A DNA stretch of 62,554 bases, filler included, from Rhabdomonas costata (Eukaryota): the NCBI GenBank assembly GCA_019059605.1. It is 32 parts of 32 records of this genome, joined end to end, with 100 filler letters (N's around TTAATTAATTAA, not from the genome) between each part and the next. Parts side by side here need not be neighbours in the genome. Positions count along the whole stretch, not along the records: positions 37,209 to 39,066 come from JAHMHO010008114.1; positions 39,167 to 41,024 come from JAHMHO010008115.1; positions 41,125 to 42,982 come from JAHMHO010008116.1; positions 43,083 to 44,940 come from JAHMHO010008117.1; positions 45,041 to 46,897 come from JAHMHO010008118.1; positions 46,998 to 48,855 come from JAHMHO010008119.1; positions 48,956 to 50,813 come from JAHMHO010008120.1; 25 more parts are not named here. One strand, 5' to 3'. Below, one piece after another: positions 38,154 through 50,913 of this stretch (the first letter of the stretch is position 1; each line of letters begins with the position of its first letter). The position numbers and the translations under genes are program-made. The notes under the pieces are model-generated. The model was given only the letters and a program-made list of their open reading frames with translations, did not search any database and was not told where the DNA came from.

Positions 38154-39066
38154 CATCTCTTGAGTAATCTTCATCTCCGGGGGGAAGGGCTTCGGGTCCT
38201 TCCCCAGGATGTACCCGAAGTCGATGTGGAAGATCCGCCCATCATTGCGGATCATGATGTTATCGAGGTGGCGGTCTCCAATTCCTACCCCGCACGCGAT
38301 TTCCCAAAGGAAGGCGGATGCCAAAGACAAGGGAAGGATTGCTATGCAAGGTCCATTGGTGTCATGTCGGGTCATGTCATTGCCGGGTATGCCTGCTGCA
38401 CTAAGTGAAGAGAAACGCTGGCAGACAGTTACACTTGCAATAGAAACCGGAAGAGATACTATATAAAGTGCAGACTGGTATACTGGAAAAAATAATAAGT
38501 GGGCTAGCAGCAGAACCAAAGGCAAACACGACAAATGCAGCTTAGATACAATAGATAGAAAAAGAATATCAAGTTGTTTGCTGTACTTTAGGTTTCCGAG
38601 CAAAACGGGTGAGAAAATATTGCACCGAAGATCGACCAGCCGAGTATTAGAAATAAGGTGCAAGGAGCCTGGTGCGTTCGACACCCCGCTGAGCTGAGCT
38701 GAGCTCAGCTCTGCTCCAGGAAAGTTCCCAAACAAGCGCTCCACTTCCTCTTTCACACCTTCCATCTCGTACTTACGCGTATGCGAGTGTTTTGAGTGTT
38801 TTGGAATGCATCCAAGTCAGGTTTGTGCTCAAACTACCACCAAACACTACAAAAAACGTCTTTCAGGAAGGGAGTGATGCCTTTTCGGGGGAAAGGGGAA
38901 ACCAACATCATTTGCACTATCTTGCGCGCGATCCGGGCCCAATCCACCACTTTCCCACACACTGACACAAACCTAGCAGGAAGGTGATGACACAATACCC
39001 AGCGCAGCTCTTGATGTAGTTCTCCAGGGCTTCCTGGAAGGCTTCTGCGGAGCGGTTGTGGGTCCG
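38154..39066 (-). CDS. VPS34: Class III phosphatidylinositol 3-kinase catalytic domain, exons 39066-38973 and 38284-38154
   Basis: [61 protein letters not shown]; the DRHLDN and DPKP signatures are Vps34-type. Confidence 0.92.
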
Positions 39067-39882
39067 NNNNNNNNNNNNNNNNNNNNNNNNNNNNNNNNNN
39101 NNNNNNNNNNTTAATTAATTAANNNNNNNNNNNNNNNNNNNNNNNNNNNNNNNNNNNNNNNNNNNNGGGTGTTGGGTGTGGTTGGGGAGGGGTGATCTTC
39201 GGAGGTAGAGAACTGACCAGAGACCTCGCTTTTGTGACGAAGGAAAACAACGGAGGCTGCAGGCGAAAGTTCGAATCACCCTGTCTTTCTTTTCTATATA
39301 GATACGCGGGGTGTGCAGTGGCCCGCGACCAAATCCAAAACACTGCAAAGGAGGAATCTCTAGCAAAAAGAACTCCCATACGCTACACCGAGGGTTTTTT
39401 GTTGGGAAGCAGGCAACCCTCAAAATGGGAGTGGAGTTCCAGAGGTATGGGGCCTTACGCTGAAGAAGAATACGCCAAGCTACTCCTCAGCCGCAGCCCA
39501 GCCCACGGGGGTCAGCTGCAGTTGAGGAGGAGCACGAGGAAGACATCGGGCTTCCACTCTCATCGGAAGGAGTGCTGGCAACCGCTCGGAGCTCCCGCGG
39601 GGAAGCGTCAGATGGCGCTCTGTGTGTGTGTGTGTGTGAAAGACGACCCGGACCGCAACCTCTGATAACAACAAAAATTCTGGAGTTCCCGTCTTGACCT
39701 TGGCCGCCTCCCGGTCACATGGAAATCCAGGACTCTGGCTGAGAGCGTTTGACACCTGACCTGAAACGATCTTACGATACAAACAAGCCGATGGAATTGA
39801 TAAAGACTCGCGAACAGCGAAAACCACAAGTCGGTGATCGCCAAACCCAAAACCCCTCCTTCTTCGACGTCCCTCGTTGACA

Positions 39883-40994
39883 TCAATTCGAAGACGCAGG
39901 GCACCTGCTTCTTCGTGTATCAAGGCTCGAAAGCCAGGCCTTCACCACATTCTCCGACGCCGCCTTTCCGGACCTTTCCCTCCCAACAGGTGCAACAGTG
40001 CCGGCAGTGATGTCTGGGGGTAGGAAGGTGCGGTCCTTCAGAAGGGCAGCCGCCGTCGGTCGCGCCGCCGGGTTCTGCGCCATGCACTGCGAGACAAGCT
40101 CCATGCAAGCCGGGCTGGGGCACGGAGGGGCCCGCCCCGGGGTGCTGAACTTGGCGAGCACTTCACAGAGGCCCGTCCACTGCACCACGGCGAGGTCCTC
40201 AGCGATCAGACTAAGTAATCATGCAGTAGATGCTGCTCATGGGATACCGAAACCAAGAAACGGCAATAAAAATTCCGCTTCAAGTTCAACTGCAGCAAGA
40301 GAGAGAAGGAAGACGTATTTTGAAGGTATTCCAATCCAAGGGGGGTTGGGGGCATTCACATACGCTTCAAGGTCGAACATGTTCACTTCGGCCTGCAAGG
40401 GGTTCTCCTCGACATCTCCTGACAGCACGACGTCCTCCGGGAACAACGGGAAAACCCCCAGGGCACACTCCTGGACACAACAGCATCTGACGTCTTCACC
40501 TTTATTCAGTAGCAAAGGGGTAGGGACGTGGTGTTCCGGCTTGCTTTGCACATTCCGGCACCAACAACAATTTTGGATCATCATAAAGCAACTAGAGCAT
40601 TACTAAACGTCAGGATCCCACACGCAGAAAACTACTACATCGATCAAAAGGTACGAAATGTCAAAAATGGCGCGACTTCAATACCACCTAAGAACACTCC
40701 TTCGGGAAAATAGCGCAGGCGAGACGGACATGAAAGAGAAAAGCGCACCGCACAGGTCAGCCCAAGGCCCCAGATGTCCGCAGCAGCACCGTAAGCCTGA
40801 CCTCGGATCCGCTCCGGGCTCATATAGCACGTCGATCCAACCCATGTCTCAGCGGAGCCATGGCTTCCCAGCACCGTCGAGATCCCGAAGTCCGCGATCT
40901 TCACCGCACCGCTGCGGCTCACTAAGAGGTTCGACGGCTTGACGTCGCGGTGCAGGATGCCCTGCTGGTGCAGGTGGGCCAGCCCACAGCTCAC
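39883..40994 (-). CDS. MAP kinase kinase (STE7-like) catalytic C-lobe, exons 40994-40749, 40470-40364, 40210-~39900
   Basis: HRDVKPSNLL...VKIADFG...TWVGSTCYMSPERI...ADIWGLGLT..ECALG.FP...CMAQNPAARPTAAALL; YMSPERI is a MAP2K hallmark. Confidence 0.88.
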
Positions 40995-41649
40995 CTGTGG
41001 GAAGGGCATCCTGCACCACCCCACNNNNNNNNNNNNNNNNNNNNNNNNNNNNNNNNNNNNNNNNNNNNTTAATTAATTAANNNNNNNNNNNNNNNNNNNN
41101 NNNNNNNNNNNNNNNNNNNNNNNNGTTTGGGCGGATAAGTGAGCCACTAGCACAGCGAAACGAAGCGGCGCCGTTGCGCTGTGCTAGTGGCTCACTTATC
41201 CGTCCAAAGCCTCAGGCACGCTTTGAACCGCCGTTGCTACTTTTCTGCGTCAATTGCCTCGGTCTTCACTGCACCCCAACAAGCACGGCTGCATTCTTTC
41301 TCCTGAATGCCGCACCCACTTTACTGGATACAATTAATTCTAGCATTTCACGGAAAAAATGGAGGAGACATAAGGACTGCAGACGAAGGAATTTGAATTT
41401 GGGTGTGGTAAGGAGGGCCGATTGCTAGCTACGGGAATGGAAAGAAGGAAGTGGGCGGGGAACCAATTTAACGACAAGGGTGGAGGTGCTAGTGAGGAAA
41501 CATAAAAGAAGTGGAAGGAAGTTACGAGTGGGTGAGAGAAGGGCGGTGAGGGGTAAAAGTTAAAGGCGGGCGCGAAGTGAACATTACGCAGGAAAGCAGT
41601 GAGTTGGGAAGGAGAGGCCACCCCACTCACCACCCCCCCGCATGCACAC

Positions 41650-41961
41650 CTCGCACTGCTCCAGGAACGCGGCATTCCGTGTCCACACAACAGCCGCAGA
41701 GAGAAACTGCGGGGTCATCCGCAGCAGTGCGCAGGCCAGGGCCTCGTCGCAATGGAAGGTGCCGTCGTGGGTCCCGATTAGCGTGCACCCCGCGTCGGCG
41801 GGGGGCCGGGAGAGCACCCTGCAGCTCGGCAGAGCGGCAAGGGCCTGGCTCGGGGTGGGGGCCGTGGACATCCTCTCTCTCGCAGTGCGGAGAAAGCGGT
41901 GAGAGCGGATAAAGAAAAACGGGGGAAAGAGCAAAGCCCGTGCAGTGAGGGCAGAAAGCAT
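41650..41961 (-). CDS. MYG1: MYG1 exonuclease, first exon (ATG at 41961 or 41871)
   Basis: IGTHDGTFHCDEALACALLR...VVWTRN is the MYG1/UPF0160 N-terminal signature; donor gtgtgc follows. Confidence 0.9.
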
Positions 41962-44889
41962 GCAACCCCTATGTGAAAATTAACAATGAGAGGTCAAGTA
42001 ATGAAAAGCGTCCCCTCTACCTCAAATCCTCACCTGGTACCCCTCCCCCTCTTCTGTCCCAGCATTCCCATGTCCTTTTCTTTCTTGCCACCACTCCCTC
42101 ATGTTCTGGCAAAGTAGTATTCTTTCTTTCCGGAAATTTCGTTTTTTTTTCTGATTGCGCCTTCCCCTGTGTAAGGTTGTTTCGTTAGTCAATGTGCCCT
42201 TTCTATTTTTCAGTTTCTACGCGTACTGCAAATCATAGCCGCGTCGCTTCCCTCCCATCCAAACTGTAAAAATTGCTGAGCATTAGTTCGGCGACTTTGA
42301 AGAACATGCGAAAATACCAAATCGCCCTATAACTACGTTATGTGTTCTTCAGTGATAAATATGCATCCCATCATCGTGCGTAAATCGTCGCTACACTCAG
42401 CGAATGTAGTCAGGCATGTGGTTTCCAGACAAGATCATGCCCCTTGCAAGGCGGCAACAAAACACAGATTTCATCCAGCCCTTTCGGGATCCCTAAGACA
42501 CCCCCTTCCCCCAATATTATCGCCTTTTGAACAAAAACAAAGTGGCGACACAGTGCCGTGCATTTTTTCTCCAAACAGTTGGAACAGAAGTGTTCGCAAT
42601 GATGCAAGAAATGTTTGCACCCATAATCGTTCCCACCACATATCCCGGGAACCTATCCCCCAAAAGATCCAAGACAAAGGATTCTGGGGCCAACCAGCCA
42701 CAGCTGCCTCTCAGCGATCGTCAAAACTCGTCCACAACAGTAACTTCGGGCATGATAGTGAAAGTGAAAGTCCGTCCCGTACCAAAAATCCGTCTTGCTT
42801 CAAAAACGTGCCGGGGCAAAACCTTTTGCTTGTTCTTCACTCGGTGCAGCCCGTAAGCGAACGAGTTCCCCTCCCCTCCTTCCATATAGAAACCCCAGGC
42901 ACCTGCCTTACAGTGGATTCCGCAGAAAGTAAAGTGATAGAGCGGGAAAAGGCCAGCACATGCCCCGCACGGCCAAAAAAACNNNNNNNNNNNNNNNNNN
43001 NNNNNNNNNNNNNNNNNNNNNNNNNNTTAATTAATTAANNNNNNNNNNNNNNNNNNNNNNNNNNNNNNNNNNNNNNNNNNNNTCTGCGGAGGTGGCCGGG
43101 CCAATCCTGCTGGGCGCCGTCCGAGCGGCAGGTCTGTTTGTGTATGTACCAAAAGTGCCAAGGCGCACCTTGTTTGTGTGGACCTGAGTACCTCTTCCAT
43201 CGGAGGACCTTGCTCGGATATCAATTTCAACGACGGTGGGAGCTCACACTTGGCGGTAGTATAATTGTATGGGGTCACCCCGGAAATGATGGAGTGGTTC
43301 ATTTACTTCAGCTTAAATGTTTCTATTCTTCTTTGGGTGACTTCCGCATCGTCCCTCTGGACCGTAGCCGGACCGGAGGTCTGGCACAGGTATCGCAAGT
43401 GAGCTGGCAGGTTGTGGCCCATATTTGGATGGATAGATGGAAGGATGCGATGGTGGTACTCCTGAATTGAGTTTACTGGATTCCGTTCCTGAATATAAAA
43501 AAACAGAAGTTTTCTATTGGAAAACTATGCGAAGTGATGCTGCCAGAGGTTGGGAACCGTCGTTCGTTTTGTCCCCAGCCTTGTCGTGGGTTAGTCTTTT
43601 TGTCCACACCAATGGAACGCTGCCTTTGCACGCAGACCTATTTCCGAGAGGTTCAGAGCCCTCCTCGTCCTCCTCAGTTCCGCTGCCTCGCCGGACCCGA
43701 CGCGCCAATGCGCCGTAATCCCTCCTCACTGCACTTCATCTAACCTCATCCGTTTGCATCGCATCGTTTCCGCGCGTTTAGACACCACCTGAGGGGAAAG
43801 TCCCCACGAAGGGCCCATCAAAAACGCCTGTGTTTTCTTTTCGTGAAGGAGACGTGGCTTCCGTTTTTCTCTGTGTGTATGTTCGTGTTCTCGCTATTAT
43901 ATTGTAGTTGTAATGTGGGCGAGCCTTCAGCCTCCCATGACTGGAGTCTGAGTCGGCACAGTTTCCACGTGGCCCCCTCCCCCTCGGGATTATCTGCTTG
44001 GCCCCCCGACCTCTGCGCCAGAAAGTGTATTGCCAAGGATCGCAAAAATGAAAGAGCACTTTTTCTCCAACGGCTCTGAACTTCTTCAGGTCTTCCCAAA
44101 ACCCATCCATGGTGCTTGCGTGAATGTTTTGTCGCAGGCTGATTCTCCATCTGAGTGGTTCACGTTCAAATGCACCTGTCCCCCCCACACACACACGAGG
44201 TTTTTATAGCCTAACCCCCCTTAGCCATGGCGATCGACGAATGGTGGGATCTGTGCTGTCTTTTCATGGCTAGGGCAGAAGGTCCCATCGTGCTTCAGCT
44301 ATTTTGAAGTCCTCCAGTAAGACAAAGGAGGAAATATGTAGCCGATGTGCAGTTGGAGGAGGGCAATGCATCCGAGGGTGGCGCCCACCCCAGTCAAGCA
44401 AACAGTAACGCACGATTAGGATTACAAGGCACTGCGACGCGGCCAAGTGGTTCTCCTGAGAGGGGGATACTTTTCTCCCTGAGTCTTCTTCTCCTCGCTG
44501 CCGCCCCCCTCACCCTGTCCCACCCAGGGAATGCCGGAAAGGCGGGCTCCTGTGTGTCTGCGTACTTGTCTGTTGGATTTCCTCCGTGCCTCACCTCTCG
44601 CTTTCTTCTTTTTTGCTTGCCCAACCACCGGAGTTGCCGTGGTCTGGCATGGTTTCCCTGGAAGCTTCGTGCGTTTGGGGTCTGGCGCCAAGCCCGTGTA
44701 AAAGCCCCCTTGGTTTTCGCCTTTTTTAAAGTGTTTGGAGGGTGGTGCGTTCGTGCTTTTTTCCCTGCTTGTCTATCCGACTCATGCCAGCGGTGGTTTC
44801 GTGATGGACCTTCTGGACCTATGTGCCTAGAAGAGGTGCCCTCGTGTCTGTTTGCAGATTTTCTGAAGCCGTTGCAAACTGAATAGCAC

Positions 44890-44930
44890 GCACCGGGCCC
44901 AGGAATCGAACCTCGGAGGGATCATACACA
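44890..44930 (-). other. tRNA-like T-arm/B-box fragment (decayed tRNA or tRNA-derived SINE), truncated at contig end
   Basis: Minus strand CGAGG-TTCGATT-CCTGG contains GGTTCGATTCC with one stem mismatch; the 5' half is missing. Confidence 0.3.
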
Positions 44931-45054
44931 ACACCCACCCNNNNNNNNNNNNNNNNNNNNNNNNNNNNNNNNNNNNNNNNNNNNTTAATTAATTAANNNN
45001 NNNNNNNNNNNNNNNNNNNNNNNNNNNNNNNNNNNNNNNNGGGGGGTTGGGTGA

Positions 45055-46580
45055 CAGCGCGATACCGCGGCGTTGCTACTGTTGAGGGCGGTGTCGAACC
45101 GCACAAAGTCCGCGAAGCGGATCCTGGCCCCTGCCTCTCCGCGGCCCCCGGGCCGGACTTGTCCGTTGGTCACCCAGGACAGCAACAAAGCCCGCCGGCG
45201 GGCACCGCCCTATGTGGTCCGCGGCGCAACGGCGCTCGGGAGGAAAGAAAGAAAGGAAGGAAGGCAGAAGTGGGGAGCCAACCCGTGGTCTCGGATTTTT
45301 TTCGGAGGGGTTCTCGAAAATCGCGCTGATTGCGACTTTTCCGGAAGGGTGAAAAGTGTAACACCTTTAAACGGGCGAAAATGTCTGAACCTGAGAAATC
45401 GCCGGGGTACTTGCACAGTAAATGCATAACTCCCTTTTGGGAAAAACATTATCTGTGGATCTATAGGCAAGTGGCATATTTTACCCCATTCCCGCGCACG
45501 GAAAATAAATTTAATTCGCTAAAAAACTCTTCGCGTTTGCCGGTGTTAAAATAAACGTTTAACGTCGAAAAACAAATCGAGTTTCGGCACCAAATTCGAA
45601 AGAAGCTGTGGCAAAGTGGATTCGCGCTGTGGTTAGGTGCTGCACTTCGGCAAAGCCCTGCTATTTAAAGTGGATCTGTCTGCGGAAGTGCAAGGGGTGG
45701 GTGCCCGAAGTCACCTGGTGTACGTGCCTATGTATGGTGTGAATGATGGTGGCAAAGACCTCCGTCTCCAGGGGAAGTGGGCCAGCCTGCTGCGCGAACC
45801 GCAGGAAGTCCTCCGTGGTCATGGCCATGCCATTGCTCGAGGCGCTGTTTTTCGGTAGCTTTTTGGCTGCTTTTTGCCCCCCACTGGTCTCAGTGCCATA
45901 GCCAGAGCCATTGGAGGTGGAGGAGGAGGAGGCTCCGGAGGAGGGGGGGACCCGCAGCGAGGCGTATGTCTCGAACATCCGCAGCAAGTGACCTGCCCCG
46001 CTGACGAGGTTGAGCTGATGGAAATCGACGCTGGACAGGGCCCACACCTCAGCCTATGAGGCGGGGATAAGGGGTCAGGGAAACGGACGCGCCGGCCTCC
46101 CCTTGAACAAGCTCAGCCGCTAATCAGAGTAGGATGTCGTGGTCCACATCCATTCAGCGGAGCAAGTCAGAGCAATGCAGAGAGAGGGGACCGGGCGGCA
46201 ACCTTACCTTTTTCTAACTGCACCCCCAGAACATTCAAAATAATTTCAGACGTGTGATAACTCGAGGTTACATGGAACAACTATGAGTTTGTCAACCCTC
46301 GCACAGGGTTCACAGAGTGCACGTTCATGCCCCGAGTACTAAAGTGACATTCGCGGATTGTTATGAACCGACCGATGGGGAGTCCGGAGGCCCTCTCTGA
46401 CTTTCATGATTCCATTCTTTTCACCCTTGCGCACGCATAACACGCAGCAGCGCACATACGTCGGTCTTGGCCATGGCTGTGGAGGCTCTGGGGCGGTCCA
46501 TGATCAGACCCAAGGATCCAAACGAGTGCCCCCCTCGCAGCGTGCCCACAAGCCGGTTTCCGTCGCGAATCTCCACCTCC
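45055..46580 (-). CDS. cNMP-binding domain fused to an Aralar/citrin-like EF-hand region, exons 46580-46460, 46053-45760, ~45205-45055
   Basis: GEVEIRDGNRLVGTLRGGHSFGSLGLIMDRPRASTAMAKTD|AEVWALSSVDF (cNMP fold), then LLRMFETYAS...MTTEDFLRF...RIRFADFVRFDTALN, resembling the SLC25A12/13 N-terminus. Confidence 0.7.
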
Positions 46581-46999
46581 CTAAGGCACCCGTCCCGCCA
46601 ACATACGGTGCTCTGAAGGTTGGCGGGTAACAGAAAATTGCCTTACTTAGAAACCGTGAGGTAAACCATGCCAGCACTTTCAATGACTTTATCTTTGTGT
46701 CAGGGGGTATGGTTTATTTTCCACGTTCTCACCCCCCCCTCCCCACTTCCATTGGCCCAACACGCCCACACAACGTGCAGCGCGTCCGTGGTCCAGAGTT
46801 TCCCACCGGACGCTTGAGCTCAATATGCAGGCCTGCAAAGGTCCTTTTGCAAAGTGCCTTTCTGAGTCTGAGGATACAATTTCCGTGTGGTTACTGANNN
46901 NNNNNNNNNNNNNNNNNNNNNNNNNNNNNNNNNNNNNNNNNTTAATTAATTAANNNNNNNNNNNNNNNNNNNNNNNNNNNNNNNNNNNNNNNNNNNNAT

Positions 47000-48855
47000 T
47001 GGGGCGTCTCATGAAGTACTCCGCAGGGCGGTGGTGGTTGTCGGCCGACTTGATGACCATATTCGTCGCCAGGACGACAGCCCTCTTCGAATGATGCAGC
47101 AGCTTCTGGAACGCCTCGGGATTGGCTCCAAGGAGAAGCTGGTGTTTCTTTCACTGAAGCCGGAGCTGTACGACCGCAACGTGATGGAAGCCAGCGAGGA
47201 CAGTGGCGAGGCCAGTGCAACTTTGAACAGCTACTTTGCAGCCATTCAGAGCCAGGATCAGGAGATGATCTCAGCTCATGTCCCCCAACAGCTGCAGCGT
47301 GCTTATTTGATTGGTATCGGTGCGGCGGTTGACTGCTTGGTGACAACCATTGGAGACCACCTTTCAGCGAACATCAGCACCACACTTATTGCCCTAGAGA
47401 ACCACTTCAGGTCTGTTCAGGATCGTGTGCATGCATTGGCTGCTTTGCAAGATATCACGGTTGTCCGTAAGCAGGCTGAAGACTTTGTCTCACTATTCTG
47501 CTCCTATCTCGCTGCTTTGGCGCGGTGGGACATGGCTGATTTCCTGCAGAACGTGCCCATCTTCGAGCCCGGAGCGGTGACAGCAGCGATTGGCTTGCCC
47601 GTGGATGAGCTTGCGTTGGTGTTTGACGAGGAAATATCGCGCTTTGGGATGGAGGACGCAGCGTTTGTGAAAGCCTTCCGAGAGCTCGAGGCTGGCATTG
47701 GGCAAGCGCTTCGTGCCCAGCTCAGCCTCCCGCTATGCGGTGGGTCCGCACTCCTTCGCTTGCTTCGTGTATGGAGTTATGTTGTGCTGAAGACCAGGTG
47801 CAAGACTTTCACCTGGGCGGACATGGCACGGAAAGGCTGTATGACCTCCTTGGACGGGTCTCGGTGCTGGTCCCTGGAGTGGTGCTTAAAGAAGATGATC
47901 GAGGAGTGCAGCGTGTTTTTTGAGACCACTGTTTCAGAGGTGTGCAGCTGGGCACGCAAGCTCTTTGCCTCTCATGCGGAGGTGGGCCGCCGCAAGATGC
48001 ATGAGTTGAGCCGGCTTCTAGCGGAAACCCCTAACCTTCGAAAACAGATTGAGCACCAGCTCTGCAGCTACTATGATCATTTCCTTTCGAGTTGTACGGC
48101 GAAGGCCAAGGCCGCCATCGTGAACAACGTGGGTGTTCACTTCTCCTCACTGAAGCTGGACGCTCCTTTTGCAATGCTTCGGCTTCTGTGCTCGGTGAAG
48201 CTGCCTGACACTCTCTTTGCCTCCCAAAGTGGATCCAAAGGGGTCAGCACCGAAAAGCTGAGTATTGGGGTTGAGGGCCTTCCAGATGGGGTTTCATCCG
48301 TGGAAAAAGCTGTTCGCACTGCCCTGAAGTCGGTGGTCGGGCTGGATGCTGGTGTCGCTGACTTTGTGCTGCGTGCGGCGCGGTTCAGCGGGGCCCGTTC
48401 TCGGGCTTCGGTGGTGGATTTGTTTCATTTTTGTACCACGCTGGCGGAGCGTGTGACGACGGAGGACTTTGCCATGGGGGAGGGGCTGAAGCTTGACCGA
48501 ATCTTTGACACAGACCTCGAGCACCGACAGGATGACATTAACGCCCTCGTGAGTGGGCTAACCTACCTGCACTATGGCATGGTCTTGGGCAACGCCATGA
48601 ACGCCTTTGACCGCGAGCTCGAACAGCCCGTGAAGCAGCTTCATGACCGGGTCAAGCGCGAGCTCCTGGGCATTCTAAGCCACCGCGAGATGAACGACGC
48701 TGCTCTGAGGGAAATCATTGTTCAGGACTCCCAGGAGCGCCTCAGGAGCCTTGAGGAGCAGCGCGCCGCCATTGCGGAGAACAAGGAGGCGCAGGAGCAC
48801 CTCCTGGGTGCGGCCCGTGAACTCGGGCTTCCCGCCCTGATGGGCACCCCCAACC
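47000..48855 (+). CDS. Dynamin-related protein, probably DRP5/Dlp-like (end of GTPase domain, stalk, coiled coil); intronless over the whole contig
   Basis: More than 600 open codons; VVVGRLD at a G4-like position, LVFLSL, IGIGAAVDCL, LCGGSALLRLLRVW (compare DRP5 LYGGAQxxRxxxEF) and a C-terminal coiled coil. Confidence 0.55.
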
Positions 48856-49270
48856 NNNNNNNNNNNNNNNNNNNNNNNNNNNNNNNNNNNNNNNNNNNNT
48901 TAATTAATTAANNNNNNNNNNNNNNNNNNNNNNNNNNNNNNNNNNNNNNNNNNNNGGGGGGTTGGGGTCCACTGCAAGTGGACACTTGCCCCAGCGTGAA
49001 TCTGAGATCAATATGAAAACAAGCAACCCCACCACGCAAACACAGGCAAGCACGTGTGCTGAGAATGAGAAGAAAGACGAGAAAAACTGAAGCGCTCGGC
49101 TCCAAGAAGAAAAATTCCTTCGAATGCCAATGTCATCAAATCATATAATTGACCCAACAGGGGCACATGAAACGGGTTGCGTCGCGCGTATTGGAGGGAA
49201 GCGGGAGGGGGGGGAATGGAAGATCGGATGCGGGAAGATAATCAATCTCTCCTCAGTTTCCTCAGAGGGG

Positions 49271-50813
49271 TTAGAAGTGCCCGCTCTTGCGGAAGTCCGA
49301 GCCAGCGTACGGCGCACCCAGCTCGGCCTCAATGCGGAGCAGCTGGTTGTACCTGTGAATCGGGGAAAGGGAGGGGGGCAGGCGACGATGGTGGGCCACC
49401 TCCTCCGTTCCCGTGGAGCCCGTAACTATGCCACGGTCCAGCGCTCTCACACACATGCACGTACGCACATGAGCACCCAAAAGGTTGGCATTCTTCACTT
49501 CTGAGGTTTTGGCATCCGTTGGGAATGGATGGGTATGTGCAGGGGGGGGGGAAGGCGCGGGTAGGCAGGCCATCAACAGCAGAACTGGTGCCCTTGACCT
49601 TCTAGCAGCAGCATCCACTTGCAAACGAACAACCCCCGAACTTTAATTAAAATCAAACCCATGGGAAGCGAACACACACATGCATGCACACACATAGGGA
49701 CGCATACACACAGATACTTTGCGATACGCTCCCCGCGGCATGGCGCGCCCGTCTTCAGGTGGCCCGTGCCCAGCGCAACCGTGAGGTCCGCAATGAACGT
49801 GTCCTCCGTCTCTCCAGAGCGGTGCGAGACGAACACCCCCCAGTGGTTGGTGCGGCACAGCTGGAAGGCGTCAATGGACTCGCTGATCGACCCGATCTGG
49901 TTCACCTGCGGCGGGGGAAAACGGCACACGGGGAATAGGGCCAATGGGAGGGGGACTTCTGTGGAGTGCACAAGACTGGGAAGGAACAAGGGCCGTGCGC
50001 GCGCCCACATACACATACACATACACAGAGGGAACCCGAAGCGAAACTCGGGACCAACGCGGGTGTCGGGTAAGGGCAAAGCCCCCCCCAAAAAAAAACA
50101 CAACGACACAGCTCCATTCCCCCACACCTCTTCAACCGTCAACCATGCGGAATCACATAAACAGCAAAGACCTCGAGAAGTAAGGCCATACAAAAGCGTC
50201 GTGCTTGATTTCCTTTTTTGAGGTAAGCATACCTTTAGCAGCATCGCGTTCGTGGCCTTCTTCTCCAGTCCCTTCGCGACAATCTTGGGGTTGGTGCAGT
50301 ACAGGTCGTCACCGACAATCTCGACCTTCTCCCCGATCCGCGAGGTGATCTGGGCATGGCCTGTCGAAGCATAAGGGAGAGGGGGGTGGTGGCACGAGGG
50401 GCAGACCACAGCACCGCAGAGACCGTTTTTGAGTGGGGCAATGCGCAATGGCGCCTCAGGCTCGGCGTGTGCGCAGAAGGAGCTTGCCCACTTGGCTCCC
50501 ACGGGGCTTCGCCTCACCATTCCACACCTGGTCAAATCAGGGAGCTTTGGAATACCGCACAAAAACGGAAGCTTGACATCGACATTCTCCGGGAACAGAT
50601 GGCATGTGCCCGCCGCATACATCGAAAAAAGAGGGATGCCCAAGGGAGCTGGTCGGGAGGTTTACCGTCAAAGTCGTTCTCATCAAACGGGTCCTCCAGA
50701 AGCACCAAGGGGTACTTCTTGGACATCTCCACCCAGAAGTCCACAAGCTGCGCACGCGTCAGCCGCCGCTTCGGGTCCTGCTTCTCCTTGGGCACCTTGA
50801 AGTCCAAGTTGTA
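49271..50813 (-). CDS. ENO: Enolase, C-terminal half; exons 50813-50666, 50360-50233, 49905-49718, 49352-49271 (stop)
   Basis: [11 protein letters not shown]...[10 protein letters not shown]...LLKVNQIGS...[10 protein letters not shown]...[21 protein letters not shown]; three GT-AG introns. Confidence 0.97.
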
Positions 50814-50913
50814 NNNNNNNNNNNNNNNNNNNNNNNNNNNNNNNNNNNNNNNNNNNNTTAATTAATTAANNNNNNNNNNNNNNNNNNNNNNNNNNNNNNN
50901 NNNNNNNNNNNNN

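Noticed and set aside
38085-38765. 226-aa ORF with a hydrophobic N-terminus fused to PI3K
   Set aside because: The N-terminal part is Vps34 intron; the true upstream exon is at 39066-38973.
43260-43305. YGVTPEMMEWF as a PhlG/DAPG-hydrolase motif
   Set aside because: Only about 11 residues, preceded by a stop, with no supporting context.
49573-50643. 356-aa ORF as a novel enolase fusion
   Set aside because: Read-through of stop-free introns between enolase exons.
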